From: a virus | Direction: 5' to 3' (one strand) | Virus record (IMG/VR): IMGVR_UViG_3300045988_183931 | Location: 6,965 to 70,964 of that record | DNA: 64,000 nt | Part shown: positions 43,691-52,975 of the stretch, piece after piece | How positions within the stretch are numbered: position 1 is the first letter of the stretch | How the letters are laid out: every line of letters begins with the position of its first letter | Program-made: the position numbers and the translations under genes | The notes under the pieces: model-generated | The model's input: only the letters and a program-made list of their open reading frames with translations | What the model was told of the DNA's origin: nothing | Databases searched by the model: none

Positions 43691-44579
43691 CGAAACTCGT
43701 CCTTGTTGATTGAAAAGGATATGTCTTAACTGTGACCGGAATCATTTTAAGCATATGTGGAATTTCTGTCGTTTTTATTATCTCAATCCCTCCTCCCAAG
43801 CACCCCGAACCAACAAAAACAACAAACTTCACCGCTTTGCAATTTTCGTAAATCCAAAGAAGAAGTTCCGCATCATAGCATAACCGGTAAGAACGAAGAT
43901 GAATAGGGGGAGTCATGTTGTAGTCAAACCTTTTCTCGTCGGTGTGCCGCAAAGATTCAAATTCCTCGTCGTACCGCCCCGAAATGTCGGTGAGCGTCTG
44001 AGTGTCCTCGTTAAAACTCATGTGCCTGTTTTCACTACTGCCGCTATAAACCTCTGCCATTCCGAGAGCGCTATCCTGATATTCCACGACAAACACTGTT
44101 GAATCCGAAGAAGTTCTTCCAAGTTTTTTATTATATTGAGCGAGGCTCAAAAGATGCTGGCGGCAGTTCTTCTCAAAAGACTTTTTAAGAAGTTCGTGAC
44201 TATGCTCTTGATTCGGGGCTTTCCCTGTAAGCACAATCACATCTCCAATTTTTTCAGTTGATTGACTTATAGCTTCTTCAATTTCCATGATTTTTTGCTC
44301 TCTTGTTCTCTTAAATATAGCATCATCTCTCTTTTGTCGTGATTCTTTCCTTCGAGTTTCTTCAGACGAAGTTATCTCGAAATGTTCAATTATAGCGTTA
44401 TCGCTGGTAAAATCAGGAAATTCGCTCGGTGAAAGATTAGCCTTTGCTCTATCAAAAAGTTCGGAAACGTCAACAACATCATCTTCCGAACATCCGAACC
44501 AATAAAGGCAACTACGCCTGCTGTCATTAAGCACACTCCTAATCAAATCTATTACATTCTGCTCTTGGTGCCCTCTCAT
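43671..44579 (-). CDS. Hypothetical protein in a low-GC island
   Basis: 302 aa with RBS GAAGGAGGAAA. It is visibly AT-richer than the flanks. No motif assigned. Confidence 0.6.
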   Translation of the reverse strand: MRGHQEQNVIDLIRSVLNDSRRSCLYWFGCSEDDVVDVSELFDRAKANLSPSEFPDFTSDNAIIEHFEITSSEETRRKESRQKRDDAIFKRTREQKIMEIEEAISQSTEKIGDVIVLTGKAPNQEHSHELLKKSFEKNCRQHLLSLAQYNKKLGRTSSDSTVFVVEYQDSALGMAEVYSGSSENRHMSFNEDTQTLTDISGRYDEEFESLRHTDEKRFDYNMTPPIHLRSYRLCYDAELLLWIYENCKAVKFVVFVGSGCLGGGIEIIKTTEIPHMLKMIPVTVKTYPFQSTRTSFDVRFSL

Positions 44580-44837
44580 AATCCATTTCCTCCTTCTATT
44601 TGCAAGATTACGACTCTAACCCTTCCCAGACAAGTATGTGGTTATATTTATTCTTATTTTGGTGTCGGATTCTTTCAGGTCGGGGGCATCACGTAGGCGT
44701 TCCTGCCGGCAACAACAACATTCTCTGGGCGTTTGGGGTTCCAGCATCATTGTGATTGTCCTCCATACACCAAAACCTCCTTCAAAAAACAGGGGAAAAG
44801 ATTTTATCTTTTCCCCTGCAGATATTTATTTTTCAGG

Positions 44838-45149
44838 TTAGTTACACCATCCACCAACTACACTGGAAATCAGTGCGCCGGAAAGGATGGTGCCAAGGAT
44901 GCTCAGACCGACTGCCACACAGAATCCAATCAGTGCCCACTTCCCTACCGCCTTCGCCTTAATGGGGGTCGAATTCTGCCACGACAGGTACAGAATCAGG
45001 CCAACCAGCGGGATGAGGAACGACAGGATGTTCAGACCGGTAGAAGGCTTGTCCACCTCGACATTCTTGCTCGCCACGGCGCAGCCGCAGAAAGGACAGA
45101 CAACAGCGTTATCAGAGACCTCTTTGCCACAATTATTACAGTATTTCAT
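44838..45149 (-). CDS. Zinc-ribbon plus two-TM membrane protein
   Basis: 103 aa from ATG 45149. MKYCNNCGKEV..CPFCG followed by hydrophobic helices. Confidence 0.6.
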   Translation of the reverse strand: MKYCNNCGKEVSDNAVVCPFCGCAVASKNVEVDKPSTGLNILSFLIPLVGLILYLSWQNSTPIKAKAVGKWALIGFCVAVGLSILGTILSGALISSVVGGWCN

Positions 45150-45275
45150 TTCCTTTTCTCTCTTTCCGGGGAGGTGCTCTCCCCTACTGTTATATTTGTA
45201 AATGCAGGAGACGCAGGCACAAGGTCTGCGCCCCCTGCATTCACTTTGGGGTTTACTCACCACATGGTGAGCTGC

Positions 45276-48200
45276 TTACTCGGCGCCATACTCCTTCTTG
45301 CGGCGGAACATGAACACCGCAGTGCCGCAGCAAGCAATGGCACTGAACGTACCCAGCATGGCCCACAGGCCGATGCCCTCATCGCCAGTCTGGACACTGT
45401 CGCGGAAATACACCGTCTGAGCACCGTCCATCAGGTCGTTGTGGGTAGCAATGACATTACCCGCCTCAGCACGACCCTCATACAGAGTCTCGAACACCAC
45501 GAGCGCATGGTCCTTCAGCTTGGATGCGTCGAACTTGAACGTAACATTCACAGCACCGTTGGAGGACTTGGGCGTAAAGGTCGTAGTAGCAGTTACCAGA
45601 TTACCCTTATTGTCCTTGAGGGCAACACCGGAATCCTTATCCATCAGCGTACCAACCAGTACGTAGGTCTTGCCCACAGTCAGGCCGGTATAGTTGACGG
45701 TGTCCACGATTTTTACGTTCTTACCAGCAACGGAGTTCTTCTTCTCCTTGCCATCGAAGGTAGCGGTGGTGGAAATGTTCGGACCGGAATAGGTCGGGAT
45801 GCGCTTGATGGTCACAGTCTGGTCAACATCGTTGATGTCGGCGTGAGTTGCGACCGTAGTGCCATTGCGGGTCAGGGTCTCGAACACGACCAGCGTCTTA
45901 CCGCCCAGAATGGATGCATCGAACACGAAACTCACATCCACAGTACCGTCAGAGGATTTGGCCTCGAACTCGGTAGTGGCGGTGATTTCCTTGTTGTTGC
46001 GGCCCAGAACAGGCTCACCTGTCGCCTTGTCCATCAGCTTACCGATTACGGTGTACTTATTGCCGGCAATCAGGCCCTTATAGGACACGGTATCGACCAG
46101 CTCGACCTTGCTGTAGGCCCAGAATTCCTTCTTGCCATCAGCAGCGTTCTTAGCGGTGGTCTTGATTTCAGGGCTGTTGACAGTCACAGTCTGGTCAACA
46201 TCGTTGATGTCGGCATGAACTGCGATTTCAATGTCCTTGTACTGCAGGGACTCGAATACAACGATAGACTGGCCACGCAGCAGAGATGCATCGAGCACGA
46301 AGAACACGTCAACGGTGCCATTGGACGCCTCAGCGGTGAAGGTAACGGAGGAGGTAATTTCCTTTCCGTCCTTATCCTTCAGGGGCTCGTTGGTGGCCTT
46401 GTTCATCAGCTTACCGGAGACAGTGTACTTCTCTCCAGCAATCAGGCCCTTATAGGACACGGTATCCTTGATTTCAGCGCGGGCTTCGGGGTCGAGGGTC
46501 TTGCCATTGGTGGCGTTGTTCACGGCCTTTGTACCGATTTCGGGAACGCCGATGGTGACGGTCTGCCCCTCATCGTTGATATCCTCGTGACTCACAAACA
46601 CGGGTTTATTGGAGTCGCCGGGAACAATCTCGTTGCCCAGATACACACGCTCGAATACCACCAGAGACTTGCCGGCCAGCTTGGAAGCGTCAAAGACGAA
46701 CTTCACATCCACCGTACCAGTGGCAGCTTCGGGAGTGAACACCTTGTAAGAGGTAACGGGGTCGCCGTTGGCATCGGTAACGGGCTTGCCGGTGGCCTTA
46801 TCCATCAGCGTACCGATAGCGATGAACTCCTTACCCACGGGCATATTCTCGTAGGAGATGGTATCCACCAGAATCACATCAGCCAGAGGCATGAACTCCT
46901 TGCCGCCAACAGCGTTCTTGGCCGTGGTGCCAATCTTGGGGTTCAGGATTACAACGGTCTGGTCAACATCGTTGATGTCAGCATGGGTAGCAACGACACG
47001 GTTTCCGCGCTTCAGGTCCTCGAAAACAACGATGGACTCGCTACCCAGCAGAGACGCATCAAAGGTGAACTCCAGCTCCACAAAGCCAGTGAAGTCGGCC
47101 TCAGCCTTGAAGGTCTTAGAGGCGGTAATGCGATTACCCTCGGCGTCCAGCAGAGGCTCGCCGGTGGACTTAACCACCAGATATCCCTCGACCGTATAGG
47201 TCTTGTTGGGGATAACATCGGTGCATTCCACCTTATCGACGATAGTGACAGTGGTGGCCGGAACGATTTCCTTGTTTCCTTCCTTGTCGGTTGCAGTAGT
47301 CTTGACCTTGGGAGTCACCGCCTCGTCCTCGGCGATGATATTCACAGTCACCAGACCGGTCTCGGCATCCAGAGAAATGGTATCGGGCGTAACGCTGAAG
47401 GTAATCGGGGTATCCATCAGCTCATAACCCTTCGGGGGTACGATTTCGACCAGATGATAGTTCTCGCCGTAAGGCAGAACCAGCGGGGTCACAAAATAAC
47501 CCTCATCATTTGTCTCGAATGTATCAATATAAGTTACCGTGGGGTAAGTGACCTTCTGGGACACCTTGTTCCCGTCAGGGTCGTAAATCTGGAACTTTGC
47601 ACCACCCCAAGGAATGACCTCGCCGTCAAGCTCATCGACCTTCACAACGCGCAGATACGCGGTAATAGGTCCGTTGTTGACAGCCAAGTCGTGATGGTCG
47701 TGGTCAACCTCGCCAACCAAAACGGTGAACTCAGGCGCGAGCCCCGCACCCTTATCGCCGGCCTTGGTCTGATGCACCACATAGGTGCCGTAGGGCAACT
47801 CGATGGACTTGCCGCTGTAACCCAAGTCGTTGGTCGTCAGGATGCCGCGCTCGTCATCCTTAGCGTTCTCGTAAGAGCCGGCGGACTGCAGCCAATACTT
47901 GAACTCTGCACCGCCCTCGAACTTAGCGGGACCGGAGGTGCCGTCGGAGATGAACTTGGTAATGGCGAATGTGCCGCGATTGATGACCTCGACAGAGGTA
48001 ATCTGGGGAGCAACGTTGTGTTCGATACGGTAATTCTCCGGCTCGGAGCCAACGCGATACACGCCCTCATCAATCTGATAGCCAGTGGGGGCCTTGATTT
48101 CACGGATGGTGTAATCATAGCCGCAGATGTACTCGTCAGTGGTGAACTTGCCATCGCTGCCGATAACGTACTCCTTCACCAGCTCGTCACCCTTATAGAG

Positions 48201-50942
48201 ACCGTACACAGCACCCTCAAAGACACCATCGCCGCGAGGGATGTTGCCAGTCTCGGCGTCCGTCTTCTCCACAGTGACCTTCCACTTCTTCAGTACGTTG
48301 GTCACAGCGGTGTCGGTAACTTTCTGGAACTCCACAACGAGACCTGTCTGCACGGCAGGAATAACATACTTCACCGCCGTATCGACTTCCTCCAGCGTGT
48401 AGTTGTTGCCAATCAGGACATCCTTGAAGATGGCAATACCGTCAGCGTTGGTGGTAGCAGTCAGGTCAACAGCATCGCCGGAGATGGCAGTGCCATGCAG
48501 CCGGAAGGTGATGCCCTCGACCATGCCGTCCTCAGAGGTCTTGGTAACGCGCAGGTCGCCGCGCTTGAGCTTGTTGTAGACATTCACGGGGGTGGTGTTA
48601 TCCAGAGTAACCTTCACACCGTTTGTCACAGCGGGAACGATATACTTGGCAGCCGTGTTCACTTCCTCAACGCTGTAGTTGTTGCCAATCAGAACGTTGT
48701 TGAAGGTGGCAACTCCGGCGTCATTGGTCACGGCGGTCATATCCACCGTCTCGCCGTTGATAGCAGTACCGGACAGGCGGAACGTGATACCAGCGACCTT
48801 GCCGTCCTCGGAGGTCTTCTTAACCTCAACGGCGCCGCGAGCCAGCTTATTGTGGAAGTTCAAGCTGGTGGTGTTGTTGAGCGTGACGGTCACATTGCTC
48901 TGGACAGCGGGAACAACGTACCGCTCGGCGGTGTTGATTTCCTGCACGGTATAGTTATTACCGATAAGGATTTCTCTGAACATGACGACGCCGTTCTCGT
49001 CGGTAGAAGCAGTTTCATTGACTGCTGCTCCGGAGATAGACGTACCGGTCAGCCGGAAGGTCATGCCTGCCACGAAGCCGTCCTCGGATGTCTTCGTGAT
49101 TTTCAGATTGCCGCGAGCCAGCTTGTTCTCGAACTGAGCAGGGGTGCTGGTGTTGTACTCAACCACCACGCCAGCCTGCACCGCAGGAACAACATACTTC
49201 GCGGCGGTGTTGATTTCCTCCAGCTTATAGTTGTTGCCCACAGGAACATTATTGAAGGTAGCCACGCCGTTGGCATCCGTCACAGCCGTCATGTTGACAG
49301 CCGTACCTGCTGCGGAAGTGCCGGACAGCCGGAAGGTGTGTCCAGCAATCTGACCATCCTCAGAGGTCTTAGTAACCTTCACAACGCCCTTCTTCAGTAC
49401 GTTGCTGAAGTTCACTGTCTTGAAATCGCCGATAGCGATGGTCACAGTTTGAGGCTGCGTCGGGATGTAGTTGTTAGGTGTATTCTCCGTTACTGTGTAA
49501 GTACCGGGCTGCAAATCGGTAATGGCAATCTTACCGTTCGCACCAGTGGTCACAGTCTTGCTGTAACCGTTAGGACCCGTGACCGTGAAGCTCACGCCGC
49601 CAACCTTGCCATCCTCTGAAGTCTTGGCAATGTTCAAATCGCCGGTAGTCTTTGTGACCTTGGCGCGGACGTAGGCAGTAACGGGGTCAGGTGTACCGTT
49701 AAGAGCAACGCAATCCTGCTTACTGCCGCCGGCAACAAGCAGATAGGCATTGACGCTATCAGGGTCAATCACATTGCCCTCAGAAGCATACGACGCAATG
49801 CCGTTCAGCATACTCTTCGCGGCTTCCGGAGTGGCTGTAATCGTAAGATTGTTTCCACTCTGGAAGGTGCTCACACCGGGCAGGCTGAACTCGAAGTCGT
49901 CAAAATTTCTCAGGACTCTGTAGGTGTCGGTTCTTGTCAGAGACCAAGAAGTACCATCCCAAGCCAGTTCGAAGTCGTTTCTCGTATCACGCGGACTCCT
50001 TACGGCAAAACTCGGTATAACGGTCTGCTGGTTAATCTTCTCCCAGATATAATCGTGTGCCGCCTTGATGGGCACAGCAACTTCAGGGTCATACTGATGA
50101 CCGGGACCCACAAACAGGTCACTCAGGTCACTGTAGCCGCCGACGATTTCCCAGATAACTTCCTGTGTGGCGCACCAAGCATAGGTGCCGTTGCCAGCAT
50201 ACCAGAGCAACGTTGAGTCATCTGCCCCACCGTAGCCATAGGCAAGCGCGAGGCGAACCCGCTGGTCTCCCCAATACGCGCTGGCATCAACGGAAGTTCC
50301 CGCGCCGGGGGAATCCTTGTGGGGTTCAATACAGTACGCCGGCTGGCCGTTGAAATATTTTACAACGGCACTGGAATAGGGTGCGAACTCAGCCATCCAC
50401 TTGCTGTTATAGCCCATGTCGTCACCGGTCGTAATGGTGCCCGATGCGCGAGCGGGAGCCCTCATTGCACTGATAGCTTTGGGGGCGTTCTGTGTAGACC
50501 CGTACAGGAAGGAAACGTTCACGGGAGTATTCTCTCCAGCGTAGGGGTCCTGAAGTCCCTCCTCCGTCACGGAAGATTTGACAGACTCATCCTTACCAGC
50601 CTCAGATTTAGCTTCACCCGGAGCAGCCTGCCCGTTTTCAGAGGAGCTCTCTTTGGAGGTGTCCTTCTTATCGGCACCGCCCTTAACATCATCCTCAACC
50701 ACGGAAGAATCGGACTTCTTACCGTCATCGGGATTCTTCGTGTCTTCTGTGGCGTTGTAGACCAAATCGCCGTCGCCAGAACCAGTATTTCCAACCTTCA
50801 CAGGGTCAGAAACACTTCCGATAACGACCGAATCGCCGCCGCCATCCGCGTCCGACGCATACACGGATGTCGGGAGCATTCCGACCACCATCACCAGCGT
50901 CAGCAGCATAGCAACAACGCCACGCATTTTCTTGTGTTTCAT
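45276..50942 (-). CDS. Giant cell-wall-anchored adhesin: signal peptide, thioester (TQXA-type) domain, CnaB-like repeats, ester-bond-type Ig-like repeats, SVQTG sorting signal
   Basis: 1888 aa from ATG 50942, with RBS GAAAGGAGA. Thioester-domain signatures are QPAYCIEP and CATQEVIW. KTSEDG repeats occur 5 times and H.DI.D..QTV repeats 5 times. The C-terminus has SVQTGD, a TM helix and an RRKKE tail. Confidence 0.85.
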   Translation of the reverse strand: MKHKKMRGVVAMLLTLVMVVGMLPTSVYASDADGGGDSVVIGSVSDPVKVGNTGSGDGDLVYNATEDTKNPDDGKKSDSSVVEDDVKGGADKKDTSKESSSENGQAAPGEAKSEAGKDESVKSSVTEEGLQDPYAGENTPVNVSFLYGSTQNAPKAISAMRAPARASGTITTGDDMGYNSKWMAEFAPYSSAVVKYFNGQPAYCIEPHKDSPGAGTSVDASAYWGDQRVRLALAYGYGGADDSTLLWYAGNGTYAWCATQEVIWEIVGGYSDLSDLFVGPGHQYDPEVAVPIKAAHDYIWEKINQQTVIPSFAVRSPRDTRNDFELAWDGTSWSLTRTDTYRVLRNFDDFEFSLPGVSTFQSGNNLTITATPEAAKSMLNGIASYASEGNVIDPDSVNAYLLVAGGSKQDCVALNGTPDPVTAYVRAKVTKTTGDLNIAKTSEDGKVGGVSFTVTGPNGYSKTVTTGANGKIAITDLQPGTYTVTENTPNNYIPTQPQTVTIAIGDFKTVNFSNVLKKGVVKVTKTSEDGQIAGHTFRLSGTSAAGTAVNMTAVTDANGVATFNNVPVGNNYKLEEINTAAKYVVPAVQAGVVVEYNTSTPAQFENKLARGNLKITKTSEDGFVAGMTFRLTGTSISGAAVNETASTDENGVVMFREILIGNNYTVQEINTAERYVVPAVQSNVTVTLNNTTSLNFHNKLARGAVEVKKTSEDGKVAGITFRLSGTAINGETVDMTAVTNDAGVATFNNVLIGNNYSVEEVNTAAKYIVPAVTNGVKVTLDNTTPVNVYNKLKRGDLRVTKTSEDGMVEGITFRLHGTAISGDAVDLTATTNADGIAIFKDVLIGNNYTLEEVDTAVKYVIPAVQTGLVVEFQKVTDTAVTNVLKKWKVTVEKTDAETGNIPRGDGVFEGAVYGLYKGDELVKEYVIGSDGKFTTDEYICGYDYTIREIKAPTGYQIDEGVYRVGSEPENYRIEHNVAPQITSVEVINRGTFAITKFISDGTSGPAKFEGGAEFKYWLQSAGSYENAKDDERGILTTNDLGYSGKSIELPYGTYVVHQTKAGDKGAGLAPEFTVLVGEVDHDHHDLAVNNGPITAYLRVVKVDELDGEVIPWGGAKFQIYDPDGNKVSQKVTYPTVTYIDTFETNDEGYFVTPLVLPYGENYHLVEIVPPKGYELMDTPITFSVTPDTISLDAETGLVTVNIIAEDEAVTPKVKTTATDKEGNKEIVPATTVTIVDKVECTDVIPNKTYTVEGYLVVKSTGEPLLDAEGNRITASKTFKAEADFTGFVELEFTFDASLLGSESIVVFEDLKRGNRVVATHADINDVDQTVVILNPKIGTTAKNAVGGKEFMPLADVILVDTISYENMPVGKEFIAIGTLMDKATGKPVTDANGDPVTSYKVFTPEAATGTVDVKFVFDASKLAGKSLVVFERVYLGNEIVPGDSNKPVFVSHEDINDEGQTVTIGVPEIGTKAVNNATNGKTLDPEARAEIKDTVSYKGLIAGEKYTVSGKLMNKATNEPLKDKDGKEITSSVTFTAEASNGTVDVFFVLDASLLRGQSIVVFESLQYKDIEIAVHADINDVDQTVTVNSPEIKTTAKNAADGKKEFWAYSKVELVDTVSYKGLIAGNKYTVIGKLMDKATGEPVLGRNNKEITATTEFEAKSSDGTVDVSFVFDASILGGKTLVVFETLTRNGTTVATHADINDVDQTVTIKRIPTYSGPNISTTATFDGKEKKNSVAGKNVKIVDTVNYTGLTVGKTYVLVGTLMDKDSGVALKDNKGNLVTATTTFTPKSSNGAVNVTFKFDASKLKDHALVVFETLYEGRAEAGNVIATHNDLMDGAQTVYFRDSVQTGDEGIGLWAMLGTFSAIACCGTAVFMFRRKKEYGAE
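45400..47320 (-). repeat. 5 tandem domain repeats of about 128 aa (about 384 nt) within adhesin 1
   Basis: Each ends with the recurrent H(A/E/N)D(I/L)xDxxQTV. The periodicity is also visible as periodic shadow ORFs on the plus strand. Confidence 0.7.
48290..49660 (-). repeat. 5 tandem CnaB-like repeats of about 95 aa within adhesin 1
   Basis: Recurrent (V/I)(T/K)KTSEDG..(A/V)G..F.L.GT...G. Confidence 0.7.
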
Positions 50943-51479
50943 GGTATTTTTGTCTCCTTTCAATGAATGTAATTTAGAGAAAACCAGCCTTCTTATATTT
51001 ATCGGTTTCTTGTTATTGCCAATTTTGAAACTGATATTACAAGGAGGCGGATTGCCCTCCATGTTTTTATGGTAGCATAATCGCGCATATTGTCAACACA
51101 TCCAAGAACACAATTTGCAAAACGAATAAAACACATTGTTCAAGGCAAAAAAAGGAACAACAACAGAAGAACAGCGACCTAAGTCGCTGTTCTTCTGTTT
51201 TAGCAAATAGCTTACGCTGCGAAATAAACATAGAATTCGTGATGACCAGCCGAGGCATTCCATCTCGCAACACAGTTTACTGTAGCAGCTCACCCCTCAA
51301 CCTCCGGAGTCCATCGTCCGTTTTCAAAATGAGAGCGTAGGAAGCCGTTCATATTTCAAACACAAAAAAGCCGAGACACCACCTCGTTTCTGAAATGGCA
51401 TCTCGGCTCTTTGAAGTTTTGAGTTTTTTAGAAAATGACATCTACTCCCTTAGTCGAGGAAAACAACATAAGTCAGGAG

Positions 51480-52646
51480 TTAGAAGTACCAGACATACAG
51501 GACATGAAGACCATCAGAATCCACTTCAACAGCGCACTTAATTCCACTCGCAAAGGGCTGCCCATCAGCGCCAATTACGCCCTCGTCCATGTGAGTAAAT
51601 CCATTAGCCTTCACCAGTGCGGCTTTCGTATCATCAATCATAGACTTCATAACATTGATAGCACTGTCCTGTGTAGGTGGGTACTTATAAAGAAGGGATT
51701 CGTTTTCAAAAATGGCGGGAGGAAAATGACTGCGGCACTCTTCGGGATGACTCAAATCAAATCCCACACTCTTACCATACTCATTGCCGGCTGCAATTAC
51801 AGCGTTCCAATCAATGTTTGTTGCGGGTGTGGGGACAGAAGGAGCGGTAGGAGTCGTGGAGCCACCGCCCGTGGAACCAGTGCTTCCGGTGTTACCGGTG
51901 TTACCAGTGTTCCCAGCGTTGCCGCCAGAAGGAGCTTCGGGGGTGGTAATCTGCTTGTTGCTCTGGTAGTATGCCCACGCCTCATCAGCGGTGCGCCCAC
52001 CGGCGGCCTTCTTGGAGCCTGCACCCCACTGACCGTCCGCGCTTACGCCGTACCAGCGCTGGAGCTCCTTCACCTGTGCGGTGGTCAGAGAACCGTTATC
52101 GTAGCTGGGCGTTGCGGGTTTCTGGGGCTCCGGCTTAACCTCAGGCTTCGTTTCAGGCTTCGTCTCAGGCTTCGTGGTGTCCTGCTTGTTGTCAGCGGGC
52201 TTCTGAGTCTCCTGCTTGGCGTCGTCCTTCTTGGTCTCGTCCTTCTTAGTGTTATCCACCTTGGCGTCCGTCTTCTGGGCGTCGGACTTGTTTTCGCCAT
52301 CGGGCTTCGCAGCATCCTCAGACTTCTGAGTATCTGCCTCGGATGCGTCGGTCTTGTTCTCCGCATCCTTTTCCTCGGACTTCTCGTAAGCCGTGATGTC
52401 CGCCGCCTTGACGACCACCACGCCCTGCGTGTCCACCACATTGCCTTCGTCGTCCAGCGTGTAGTCGGTCACGGCGTTGCCGTCCTTATCCACCAGAACC
52501 TTCTCACCGGACTCGGTGGTCTGCACGTAACAGCCGATATCCTCTCCGGTCTTGGTCTCCTCGTCAGTCTTGTTGCCGCAGGCCATCAAACTCATGGTCA
52601 TCACCAGAGCCAGCAGCAGGGCGATAAAATTCTTCATCTTTTTCAT
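51480..52646 (-). CDS. Lipoprotein with low-complexity linkers
   Basis: 388 aa from ATG 52646. Lipobox SLMACG. PETKPETKPEVKPE and GNTGNTGNTGSTGSTGG tracts. RBS GAAAGGAC. Confidence 0.7.
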   Translation of the reverse strand: MKKMKNFIALLLALVMTMSLMACGNKTDEETKTGEDIGCYVQTTESGEKVLVDKDGNAVTDYTLDDEGNVVDTQGVVVVKAADITAYEKSEEKDAENKTDASEADTQKSEDAAKPDGENKSDAQKTDAKVDNTKKDETKKDDAKQETQKPADNKQDTTKPETKPETKPEVKPEPQKPATPSYDNGSLTTAQVKELQRWYGVSADGQWGAGSKKAAGGRTADEAWAYYQSNKQITTPEAPSGGNAGNTGNTGNTGSTGSTGGGSTTPTAPSVPTPATNIDWNAVIAAGNEYGKSVGFDLSHPEECRSHFPPAIFENESLLYKYPPTQDSAINVMKSMIDDTKAALVKANGFTHMDEGVIGADGQPFASGIKCAVEVDSDGLHVLYVWYF

Positions 52647-52755
52647 AGTTCTTGTCCTTTCATTCATTTCAAAATTTGCTCAGGGAATGTAATTAAATAA
52701 TAGACCGTGACGAGGTTTAAGCTGTGGAAAACTTGACATTATTTTTGATGTGCTT

Positions 52756-52784
52756 ACAATAGCACGATTATAAAAAAATGTCAA
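52756..52784 (-). promoter_or_regulatory. Promoter for the lipoprotein / adhesin-1 unit
   Basis: Minus strand reads TTGACA, 17 nt, TATTGT, with TG at -16. Confidence 0.45.
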
Positions 52785-52913
52785 GTGTGGTTTTTGGGAA
52801 ATTTTTCGTTTTCTCTTCTTAAACCACAAAGTCTTGTGCCTCGCAAAGTCGGAAACCCCTTATGTTGCAACGGGTTTGCACGCTTTCCTTCCTTCTGTTT
52901 TCAATCAAATAAT

Positions 52914-52953
52914 TTTTTCAAAAAAAATAGACCGGAGCCAAAACTCCGGTCTA
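52914..52953 (-). terminator. Intrinsic terminator after adhesin 2
   Basis: UAGACCGGAG-UUUUGG-CUCCGGUCUA followed by UUUUUUUU on the minus strand. Confidence 0.75.
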
Positions 52954-52975
52954 TTTAATACCTTTGGTCCTACGT

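Noticed and set aside
44733-49619. 1628-aa plus-strand ORF. Similar long ORFs occur at 58859..61912(+), 52964..54469(+), 51435..52700(+), 23271..25676(-), 31262..32227(+) and 21834..23012(-).
   Set aside because: These are antisense shadow ORFs of well-supported genes (the adhesins, the lipoprotein, the vWA protein, flotillin and the AAA+ ATPase). They have low-complexity translations, no RBS and no recognisable domains.
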